From: a virus
Taxonomy: Duplodnaviria > Caudoviricetes
DNA: 63,781 nt
Reading direction: 5' to 3' (one strand)
Virus record (IMG/VR): IMGVR_UViG_3300038309_000160
Span: 1 to 63,781 of that record
Shown here: piece after piece, positions 20,348-27,190 of the stretch
Layout of the letters: the number at the start of each line of letters is the position of its first letter
Numbering within the stretch: the first letter of the stretch is position 1
Notes under the pieces: model-generated
The model's database searches: none
Told to the model about the DNA's origin: nothing
Seen by the model: only the letters and a program-made list of their open reading frames with translations
Translations under genes and position numbers: made by a program

Positions 20348-20519
20348 AGAAAAAGAGCTTGCAATTGACATCATCCGGCTAATTATTCAGGTAGGTGTTC
20401 CGGCGGCGATAAAGGTTATCCAGCAAATCCAGATTACCAACAACCCGACACCCGACGAAATCAGCGCCTTGAGCGACATGCTAAAGCAACCTGAAGATTA
20501 CTTCAATTGCGGAGGATAA
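20337..20519 (+). CDS. Hypothetical protein (60 aa; probable start ATG 20337)
   Basis: GGAGG RBS upstream of 20337. Confidence 0.5.
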   Translation: MTDKEKELAIDIIRLIIQVGVPAAIKVIQQIQITNNPTPDEISALSDMLKQPEDYFNCGG

Positions 20520-20521
20520 CC

Positions 20522-20674
20522 ATGAAAAATTTCATCAAGCAACACCCGAAAAAAATCTTGGCACTGGCTACAGCGGTCGTCGCTGGTGCTATTGGGTATT
20601 TCGTGCCGGAACTACGAAATGAAGCTTATGCCGCGGTCCGAGCCGCTTTGGTTGTGCTATGCGGGGTGTTTTAA
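20522..20674 (+). CDS. Small membrane protein, holin-like (50 aa, not in ORF track)
   Basis: GGAGG RBS; MKNFIKQHPKKILALATAVVAGAIGYFVPELRNEAYAAVRAALVVLCGVF with two hydrophobic segments. Confidence 0.55.
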   Translation: MKNFIKQHPKKILALATAVVAGAIGYFVPELRNEAYAAVRAALVVLCGVF

Positions 20675-20739
20675 ACGCGCCGTTAATATTATGATAATCC
20701 TGATCATATCGCCCTCCTCGTTTTGGTGTTATGGCCTTA

Positions 20740-20835
20740 GGCTAACGCCTGAATTTTGTGGCCGCCCGGCGACTGTGCCAGAACGCTTCCATTGGCCGGT
20801 CTGCCGGTGCGGTCCAGAGCAATGAATTGTTATAT
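20740..20835 (-). mobile_element. Integron attC site of cassette D (96 bp)
   Basis: On the minus strand: R'' ATATAAC, imperfect hairpin (CTGGACCGCACCGGCAGAC / GTCGCCGGGCGGCCA), R' GTTAGCC. The ORF stop lies inside R''. Confidence 0.8.
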
Positions 20836-21009
20836 TTCACCCTGCTTAATTACAAGCACCGGGCCAGCGCTGTTCCTTATTGTTATTCGCAACGCCCGCA
20901 AGTAATCCACTGTCGTTGCTGGTTCTTTAGGGCTCGACCATACCGCAAAAAATAACGGCATAGACTTTGGGAAATAAATCGGTAAAAATTTTTTAAATAT
21001 CCACTTCAT
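20830..21009 (-). CDS. Cassette D ORF, 59-aa hypothetical protein
   Basis: AAGGAGG RBS; MKWIFKKFLP...KQGEI; fills the space between GTTATATTTCACC and its complement GGTGAAATATAAC. Confidence 0.65.
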   Translation of the reverse strand: MKWIFKKFLPIYFPKSMPLFFAVWSSPKEPATTVDYLRALRITIRNSAGPVLVIKQGEI

Positions 21010-21034
21010 AGCCAGCCTCCTTAAAAGGTGAAAT

Positions 21035-21066
21035 ATAACAGTGTAATAAGTGGAAAATTACTCCAT
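21035..21066 (-). repeat. attI-like / degenerate attC element, copy 1
   Basis: ATGGAGTAATTTTCCACTTATTACACTGTTAT; 31/32 identical to 23220-23251; ends at the G/TT that begins cassette D. Confidence 0.7.
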
Positions 21067-21092
21067 ATGTATTTTATCTTGTTCTATTTCCA

Positions 21093-21551
21093 TTATTTTC
21101 CCCGCGGTAACTGCCTGACCGCATCACCGATGGTGCCCTGGAAATACCAGTCTGCGTTTAGGTCGTTCTTGATTTCCTCAACGGTCGGAATGCCACACCA
21201 ATAGTTTGTAGTCACATATTCAACGTACTGATCCCTTGGCCAGCCATCCCTTCCCAGGCGGTCGTGTAAATCAATTAAATGCCATTGCTGGTCATCGTTA
21301 CACCATACCTCATTCCAGCAATGAGCCGCGAAATTGCCAGTTACACCAGCGTAACCGCAACACAATTTGCTTTTGATACTGGCCCGGTGGTACAGGATTT
21401 GTCCTTTTCGCGCCTTGACGCAGCAGTCGCCTTTTGTCGCCCACTCTATCTGCTTGACGTGGGTTTTTTCAGGGATGTAGACCTTGGTGGTTAATATGCT
21501 ACATCCGGTTGCTATTGCGATAATACATGTGATAATAATTGTTCTGATCAT
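21093..21551 (-). CDS. Lipoprotein with transglutaminase-like C-H-D pattern
   Basis: IATGC lipobox; GDCC...AHCWNEV...WHLID. Confidence 0.55.
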   Translation of the reverse strand: MIRTIIITCIIAIATGCSILTTKVYIPEKTHVKQIEWATKGDCCVKARKGQILYHRASIKSKLCCGYAGVTGNFAAHCWNEVWCNDDQQWHLIDLHDRLGRDGWPRDQYVEYVTTNYWCGIPTVEEIKNDLNADWYFQGTIGDAVRQLPRGK

Positions 21552-21654
21552 GATACTCTCCTGTTTAAGATGTTGTGGTCTGCCTCGACCCCTGGTGGTG
21601 CAGGGCCGGGTGGTTGGCTTATATAATGCACTTTCTTTTCTTTGATCTGCCTTT

Positions 21655-22113
21655 TTACTCCCGGCTTTTGTAATATTCAGCCCAGTTCGCGATTTCCATC
21701 AACACCTCCGTCCAGTGCGGTTTCCATTCCGTGTCTTCCGGCTTTTCTGGCCCCGGCTCGTAGTCATGGCGGCAGGTGGCGCACTTGTCGGGCTGCCTTT
21801 GATATCCGCATTCATTCAGGCAAAAGCCGTTAACTCCAGACAAAAGCCCGCCGCATTCAGGGCATGATGTTTTATCCTGTTCTGCCACCCACTCCTCACG
21901 ATCCGGGGCAGATGGGGAGCGGCGGTAAGGCGGAGCAGATTCAGGACCAGTTTTATGGTTTGTGAATACCATATATTCATTGCACGGATGCCATGTACCG
22001 CAATGTCGGCATTGATACTCCCACCACTCCCACGCTTTCGGATTAACCTCTAAGTCCTTTTCATACTCGCACCGGGCGCAGTACCCGGTGACGCCGTGCT
22101 TGCAGTTAGTCAT
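21655..22113 (-). CDS. Multi-CxxC (Zn-ribbon) hypothetical protein (probable start ATG 22113)
   Basis: GGAGG RBS; CARC, CRHC, CPEC and CATC motifs. Confidence 0.6.
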   Translation of the reverse strand: MTNCKHGVTGYCARCEYEKDLEVNPKAWEWWEYQCRHCGTWHPCNEYMVFTNHKTGPESAPPYRRSPSAPDREEWVAEQDKTSCPECGGLLSGVNGFCLNECGYQRQPDKCATCRHDYEPGPEKPEDTEWKPHWTEVLMEIANWAEYYKSRE

Positions 22114-22271
22114 TTGGCCTCCTTTTTCGCCTTGCGGCGTCTGGCTCTCGCCATCTGCTTTTTGGCCCATTTCGTGAATCCCGAATGGGCGTGTGGGCGA
22201 TGATATGGGCAGCGACATTCTTCTCTCCACCATAACCATCGGCCTTCCGCTTTGTTTACTGGCTTTGCCAT
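22110..22271 (-). CDS. Small basic protein (53 aa, not in ORF track)
   Basis: GGAGGG RBS; MAKPVNKAEGRWLWW...ARARRRKAKKEAK; ATGA overlap with the next gene. Confidence 0.5.
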   Translation of the reverse strand: MAKPVNKAEGRWLWWREECRCPYHRPHAHSGFTKWAKKQMARARRRKAKKEAK

Positions 22272-22362
22272 TCATCCCTCCTTCGGCGGGGCGGGGAGCG
22301 GTTGCCAGTGGGTGACACGCTCATCGTCATAGAAGATACATCCGTCAAGCTCAAACCATTCT
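22272..22362 (-). pseudogene. 5'-truncated DUF551-like gene remnant
   Basis: Reads WFELDGCIFYDDERVTHWQPLPAPPKEG*, the typical DUF551 C-terminus, with no start codon; abuts a half attC. Confidence 0.65.
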
Positions 22363-22363
22363 T

Positions 22364-22401
22364 TCGCGTCTTTTTGCGTCAGGTTGATTTGATGGTTATA
22401 A
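22364..22401 (-). mobile_element. Truncated attC of cassette C (left arm only)
   Basis: TTATAAC-CATCA-AATCAACCTGACGCAAAAAGACGCG on the minus strand; the right arm and R' are missing. Confidence 0.6.
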
Positions 22402-22575
22402 TTCTCTTACAAGTACATCATGAACCTTATTACACTTCACGCATTTTCTTTTTTGACGCAATTCAACATATGGGACCTCTCGCCCTTGTGATGCTTTCGG
22501 TGCGAGTCTTCCTAGAATTTGGATTCCACGCTCTTCGTATTGTTCCCATTTTGACCATTTATGGAAGATGCACAT
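22396..22575 (-). CDS. Cassette C ORF, 59-aa Cys/His protein (DUF1660-like pattern)
   Basis: AGGAG RBS; MCIFHKWSKW...RKCVKCNKV; bounded by GTTATAATT and AATTATAAC. Confidence 0.7.
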   Translation of the reverse strand: MCIFHKWSKWEQYEERGIQILGRLAPKASQGREVPYVELRQKRKCVKCNKVHDVLVREL

Positions 22576-22588
22576 TTTTGTCTCCTAA

Positions 22589-22717
22589 TTATAACGTTAA
22601 AAATTGTGGGGCTGGCAGGGTAGCGGCCAACTTCGATTACACCTACTCTCAACCGCTCCCATGCCCACTTGCTTAAAAGCAAGACCCCGCCAGTCCCACA
22701 CCAACGACTTGTTATAA
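22589..22717 (-). mobile_element. Integron attC site of cassette B (129 bp)
   Basis: TTATAAC-AAGTC-GTTGGTGTGGGACTGGCGGGGT ... ACCCTGCCAGCCCCACAATTTTTAAC-GTTATAA, with about 3 unpaired bases on one arm. Confidence 0.85.
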
Positions 22718-22936
22718 ATCATATTCCTGGTTAAATCGAAAATTATACCATTCCAACAGGATTGCCCTTATTACCTGGTGGTGTTCTTCTGCCTCGATTT
22801 TAACTTTATCCATAAACCAGTTTTCGATTAGCCCCATTGGAACTACATGAACAGATTCGGTAACCGGGTCTGTAAAAATCATCCACTGGCCATCTTCTTT
22901 TTTTGCATACTCTGTTATATTAATTACGTCAGCCAT
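22712..22936 (-). CDS. Cassette B ORF, 74-aa hypothetical protein
   Basis: GAGG RBS; MADVINITEY...; stop TAA inside R''; bounded by GTTATAAATC and GATTTATAAC. Confidence 0.7.
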   Translation of the reverse strand: MADVINITEYAKKEDGQWMIFTDPVTESVHVVPMGLIENWFMDKVKIEAEEHHQVIRAILLEWYNFRFNQEYDL

Positions 22937-22952
22937 AATCACCTCTTTTGAT

Positions 22953-23013
22953 TTATAACGAAAAGTTCACCCGCGCCGCGAAGCGGGGTCGGATGTGAAA
23001 CGCCTTGTTATCT
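22953..23013 (-). mobile_element. Integron attC site of cassette A (61 bp)
   Basis: AGATAAC-AAGGC-GTTTCACATCCGACCCCGCTTCGCGGCGCGGGTGAAC-TTTTC-GTTATAA. Confidence 0.85.
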
Positions 23014-23015
23014 GT

Positions 23016-23198
23016 TTACTGATCACAAGGCCAAACAAAAGCCTCGGCTCGACAAGTAAAAACCGCCCAAGCGTGTTTGACGCGATCCATGAACGACATG
23101 CACTCCCGTCGATAGTTTAGCGGACGGGCAGGAACCCATTTGCCATCGATACAGGTTTGAGGTAGATTTTTGTCTTGAAGATCAATCAATTTCCACAT
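23016..23198 (-). CDS. Cassette A ORF, 60-aa hypothetical protein
   Basis: GGAG RBS; GKWVPARP...AWAVFTCRAEAFVWP; bounded by GTTATCTGT and ACAGATAAC. Confidence 0.7.
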   Translation of the reverse strand: MWKLIDLQDKNLPQTCIDGKWVPARPLNYRRECMSFMDRVKHAWAVFTCRAEAFVWPCDQ

Positions 23199-23219
23199 TT
23201 TCTTTCTCCAATATTACAG

Positions 23220-23251
23220 ATAACAGTGTAATAAGTGGAAAATTACGCCAT
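23220..23251 (-). repeat. attI-like / degenerate attC element, copy 2
   Basis: ATGGCGTAATTTTCCACTTATTACACTGTTAT; ends at the G/TT that begins cassette A. Confidence 0.7.
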
Positions 23252-23758
23252 CACTTTTTTGACCAGCTCCAGCAGCCGGTCTATAGCGTCTAAAATGTCC
23301 TGTTTTGTGTAGCTATTTTCCGTTGTGTTTTCAATATCTTCCGGCGTTTCCGGCTCTGAGATGTCGCTTGGAGTGTCGTTTTCTGTCGAAGCTGCTATCG
23401 GCTTGAAGTGGGCGACCAGGTATGAGAGCGGAGATTTGATTTTGGTATTTCCAATTGTTTTGAACAGAGTAATTACGACATCGCCTGTAGTATTAAAAGG
23501 GTATTCCATCTCTAGAAAATCATCCGGCGAATTGCTGGACCTATACCACGCTTCCCAATGTCTAAACACATACCCTTCTGCCGGGGTTGCATTGACCGTG
23601 TATGACATGGCATCATGATGTAAAAACGGATAACCCGGACTTGGATTGTACCATTCTCCGAAATCGTCACTCTTTATATGTCCTGCTCCAAACGGCTCAA
23701 CTGCCGTTGCAAGTCCCCACTGGCCTCATGTAAATTTCGGTAGTTTAATGTCTGCCAT
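23243..23758 (-). pseudogene. InlB B-repeat-like protein with an in-frame TGA at codon 11 (the ORF track reports only 23243-23608)
   Basis: MADIKLPKFT*GQWGLATAVEPFGAGHI...VNATPAEGYVFRHW...AHFKP all lie in one frame. Confidence 0.45.
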
Positions 23759-23781
23759 TTTTATTCTTTCTTTAAAAAATT

Positions 23782-23824
23782 ATTTTGCATGGGATTATCT
23801 TATCTCAATAATCCCATGCAAAAT
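23782..23824. terminator. Perfect 17-bp stem hairpin, probable terminator ending the replication operon
   Basis: ATTTTGCATGGGATTAT-N9-ATAATCCCATGCAAAAT, with T/A runs on both sides. Confidence 0.7.
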
Positions 23825-23828
23825 TTTA

Positions 23829-24143
23829 TTATTCAATTCCCATATCTCTTAACAAAGCATCAAGTAAAAATGTATAATTTCTCAAATCACCAATTTTCTC
23901 ATTCCAAACCTTTAAACTATGAGAATAAGGATCTTTAACCATATCACAAATTGATGTAAAATGCTTGGTCATCATTCCAACAAGAGCTTCAGTAGGTTCA
24001 ATACACTGAACTTTTCCTGCACGATGAAATTGAGTCAAACGATCATCACCACACATAGCATATTCTTTTGCTTTGTTAATTAAAGTACGTTTACTTCTAA
24101 GGACTGATTTTTCAAATTCTAATTCAAATTCTGAATGATTCAT
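23829..24143 (-). CDS. All-alpha nucleotide-modification-associated / MazG-like protein
   Basis: KAKEYA..DRLTQF...MMTKH...EKIGDLRNYTFLL pattern. Confidence 0.45.
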   Translation of the reverse strand: MNHSEFELEFEKSVLRSKRTLINKAKEYAMCGDDRLTQFHRAGKVQCIEPTEALVGMMTKHFTSICDMVKDPYSHSLKVWNEKIGDLRNYTFLLDALLRDMGIE

Positions 24144-24166
24144 TTCTCTCTCCTTTGGTTAATAAA

Positions 24167-24418
24167 TTAGTTTAGTGTAATAACATTTGATTCTTCTTTA
24201 ACTTCTTCTGGTTTTCCAGGAGGACTTCCACATTTAATACAAACTATTTTCGGCATTTGGACAAGTTGATCTTGGCCTGTTGGATTTATAAGTCCAGAAT
24301 AAATACCAAGCTCAAAAATCTGTATGAAAGTTGTACTTGGACATTCAGGATTTGAACATTTTAATAATTTTAAATCTTCTCGTCTTACTTGGAAACCTCT
24401 TTGTATTGTTTCTCCCAT
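24167..24418 (-). CDS. Small Zn-ribbon protein
   Basis: CSNPEC...CIKCG. Confidence 0.55.
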   Translation of the reverse strand: MGETIQRGFQVRREDLKLLKCSNPECPSTTFIQIFELGIYSGLINPTGQDQLVQMPKIVCIKCGSPPGKPEEVKEESNVITLN

Positions 24419-24432
24419 TTTTAATCTCCTTT

Positions 24433-25041
24433 TTAATAAATAATATTATCAAAAACAACAGGTAATTTACTTTTTAATTCTTCTAATAATGGAATCATTA
24501 AAGCTCTCATTTGAGGATGAGCAGACTTATCACAACGAAGATTAAAAATATGTCGCCATTCCCGAATATTTGCTTTTATAATAATTTCTGTTTTCAAAGA
24601 ATTTGGTAACACTTCCCTGGCTTGTTGAGGTTGCCAGCCTGAAGAAATTAAATCTTGATAAAATTCTTCAGCAAAACTCATAGCACAGGACCAGATATTT
24701 TTTTGATGTTCTGTACTTTCATCCCACCAGACTGGTTGTATAAAAAATATATCTTTTCCACCATAATTTACATACCTAGTGCTTTCTTGAGCAAAACTAC
24801 ATATGCGATGTCTTACAAGTTCATGAGTAACTCCTCGATTAGTAATAAACTTTACTATGATATCACCAAATTCAATCATAGCATGATGTTTTTTATCAAT
24901 TAAAAGTTTTACAAACTTACTTGCTGAATCATTAGTAATTTTATCTTCTGACTTGTAACAAGTTCTACCAATAGATTCTAGGGTTTTTAATAAATCATTT
25001 GGGATACTCAAAATTTCGTAGGTCTGTTTCATTATATTCAT
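24433..25041 (-). CDS. thyX: Flavin-dependent thymidylate synthase
   Basis: ELVRHRICSFAQESTRY (RHRxxSxxxxSxR), AREVLPN, NIREWRH and AHPQMR motifs. Confidence 0.95.
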   Translation of the reverse strand: MNIMKQTYEILSIPNDLLKTLESIGRTCYKSEDKITNDSASKFVKLLIDKKHHAMIEFGDIIVKFITNRGVTHELVRHRICSFAQESTRYVNYGGKDIFFIQPVWWDESTEHQKNIWSCAMSFAEEFYQDLISSGWQPQQAREVLPNSLKTEIIIKANIREWRHIFNLRCDKSAHPQMRALMIPLLEELKSKLPVVFDNIIY

Positions 25042-25240
25042 TATATAAACTCCTTGTATTTATTACATTTTTACTAGGACATAAATTTAATTGCTCATAA
25101 GAATAAACTTTTTTTGATGCTAGTTTTAACCAAGCCATTAGTTTTATATGATGATATAAACAATATTTTCCTGTTCTCCTAGCTTGTCTAGTACATCCAA
25201 AAAAGCAACAAATTTTCTGTTCTGAATAATTGTCGTTCAT
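24995..25240 (-). CDS. Small Cys/His hypothetical protein
   Basis: CxxxGC...YCxxH; the start codon overlaps a GTTCA-N4-TGAAC palindrome. Confidence 0.45.
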   Translation of the reverse strand: MNDNYSEQKICCFFGCTRQARRTGKYCLYHHIKLMAWLKLASKKVYSYEQLNLCPSKNVINTRSLYNEYNETDLRNFEYPK

Positions 25241-25248
25241 CTGTGAAC
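25235..25248. repeat. GTTCA-N4-TGAAC palindrome
   Basis: GTTCATCTGTGAAC. Confidence 0.8.
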
Positions 25249-25253
25249 ACCGA

Positions 25254-25880
25254 TTAGTTAATTATTCCAAGTTTAATCAGTTCAAAATAACAACGAGCTG
25301 TAGCAGATATGTCAGCATAAGCATCATGAGCATCCTCAAAAGGTTCACCAAATAACTTTTCATGAAGTTCAACTAATTTTGGCCACTTAGGTTTACCGGC
25401 TTTATTCTTAAGTCCACAAAACTTAACAATCGCTTTATCTTTCATAGTACATTGAAAAGGCAAGTCTAAATAAAAAGCTGATCGAGCTTCATCAGATAAG
25501 AAATCAAGATTTCTTTCCATCATATGATTAACATATTTCCAATCAAAATCGTAATTATGACAAACAATTTTATCTGCCTTCCTCATTAGACAACCAAACT
25601 TTTCAGTAACTTCCAATTCAGGCAATCCATGTTCATCAGCATATTCCAAAGAGATGCCATGAATTTCTTCTGCCATAGGATTCATAGATCTGCCATTTGG
25701 TTTAATTAGAAGATTTATTGATTCTAGATGTTCTTTTTCAGTTGCCAAAATAGCACCGATTTGGATACACCAAGCTTGTTCTGGATCATTAGCAGGTAAG
25801 TCTTTTTTCAAGAAGCCAGATGTTTCAGTGTCGAAAAATAAAATCTTTTGAAATTCTTTTTCTTGTGTTTGCTCAGTCAT
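25254..25880 (-). CDS. DEDDh 3'-5' exonuclease (DnaQ-like)
   Basis: FFDTETSG, CHNYDFD and AHDAYAD motifs. Confidence 0.9.
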   Translation of the reverse strand: MTEQTQEKEFQKILFFDTETSGFLKKDLPANDPEQAWCIQIGAILATEKEHLESINLLIKPNGRSMNPMAEEIHGISLEYADEHGLPELEVTEKFGCLMRKADKIVCHNYDFDWKYVNHMMERNLDFLSDEARSAFYLDLPFQCTMKDKAIVKFCGLKNKAGKPKWPKLVELHEKLFGEPFEDAHDAYADISATARCYFELIKLGIIN

Positions 25881-25884
25881 TTTG

Positions 25885-27153
25885 TTATTCCTCTTTTAAT
25901 TGTTTAATAATATTCCTATCCATCAATCGAAAGATTGTATTTTCGAGATATGTAGGATCATGAACATTTTTTATTGTTTGAATAGTTGTATATCTACAAG
26001 TAGTGGCAGATGATTCACAGGTTATTAGGCCAGACTGTTCTGCCATTTCCAAATACCCACGAAGCTGTGTGATGTTATCTACATCAAGATGAAAAGTACG
26101 AACAATTTCAGCCCAATCAAAGAATTCTCTTGATTCAATAAAAGATAAGATTTTTGCATAAACATTTGCTTGGCTTGAAAGTCCAAGGCCATAAAAAGCA
26201 TTTGGCATTTCTTGTTCAGTAACTTGCATAATTGCTAATGCTTTTTTAAAATGTTCCGGAGTAAGAATCATTTCATTTGATTCAGAAGCACAAAGTAACA
26301 TACAGACTTTATTTAAATGTAATGGTCGGCGATGATTATAGCCTAAAAACTTATCTGATGGTACTCCAGAATTATCATAATCTTGTTCATACCAACGAAC
26401 ATAAGTTTTTAGAAAATCTTTACTTAGGGTAAAAGGTCCAGATAAGTTAGCTATTTCTTGCAAGTCATTTTGTAACTTTTGTTTAATTTCTTCTTCTTCT
26501 TCAGTTAAAAATTGTAATGCTTTTCTTTGCTTTGGTCCTTGAGCAACTACGAAAATAATTCTAGATATTAAACCTCCACCAACAGCATCACGACTTAATT
26601 TAGATTGAAGAAGATCAGGAGTAATTGCACCAATAATTGTAAGCCAACAATTTGATACATTATCTGTTTTTCTTGAAATTGTTTTATACTTCCAAGTATC
26701 TGCACAATCAAAAAGATCTGTTAAAGCTGGAATTAACATTTGATCTCTATCAGATAAAAATACTTGAAATTCTTCTGACCAGACAGAAAGACTTTTATGT
26801 TTAAGAGTTACTCCTTGAGGGTTAACATAACTATCTTCACAATCAATAAGTTCTTTATATAATGCTTGAGTTGATCCTAATGAATCTGCACCCATAGGAA
26901 TTTCAAGTTCTTGTACGAAAGATTTTGCAATTTTCATTGCTGTTCCTTTTCGTCCTCCAGGTGGACCAACTAAAGCAATGAACATATTTGGATATATGTA
27001 TCCTCTTAATGCACCCCAATTACAATAACATTTACGTCGCAAAGCAGAACTAAGTGCTGCCAATCCGGACCATAAATGATATAATTCAGGTGGTTCTGTT
27101 CGTTGGGTATATTTCATATAGTACTCAAGCCAGTCAGAGAGTTGTCGAGACAT
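25885..27153 (-). CDS. DUF3987/YfjI-like P-loop NTPase, putative replicative helicase
   Basis: YPNMFIALVGPPGGRKGT Walker A; WSEEF Walker B; GGLISRIIFV. Confidence 0.7.
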   Translation of the reverse strand: MSRQLSDWLEYYMKYTQRTEPPELYHLWSGLAALSSALRRKCYCNWGALRGYIYPNMFIALVGPPGGRKGTAMKIAKSFVQELEIPMGADSLGSTQALYKELIDCEDSYVNPQGVTLKHKSLSVWSEEFQVFLSDRDQMLIPALTDLFDCADTWKYKTISRKTDNVSNCWLTIIGAITPDLLQSKLSRDAVGGGLISRIIFVVAQGPKQRKALQFLTEEEEEIKQKLQNDLQEIANLSGPFTLSKDFLKTYVRWYEQDYDNSGVPSDKFLGYNHRRPLHLNKVCMLLCASESNEMILTPEHFKKALAIMQVTEQEMPNAFYGLGLSSQANVYAKILSFIESREFFDWAEIVRTFHLDVDNITQLRGYLEMAEQSGLITCESSATTCRYTTIQTIKNVHDPTYLENTIFRLMDRNIIKQLKEE

Positions 27154-27190
27154 AAAAAAGAACCTTTTGGACTATATAAAAATTTTTATT

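Noticed and set aside
21655-22275. 206-aa ORF as listed in the track
   Set aside because: Better explained as a 53-aa gene (22110-22271) plus a 152-aa gene from 22113, each with its own RBS and an ATGA overlap.
20740-23251. Repeats in this region as a CRISPR array
   Set aside because: The units are whole ORFs with non-identical hairpins, not constant repeats with 30-40-bp spacers, and there is no cas operon.
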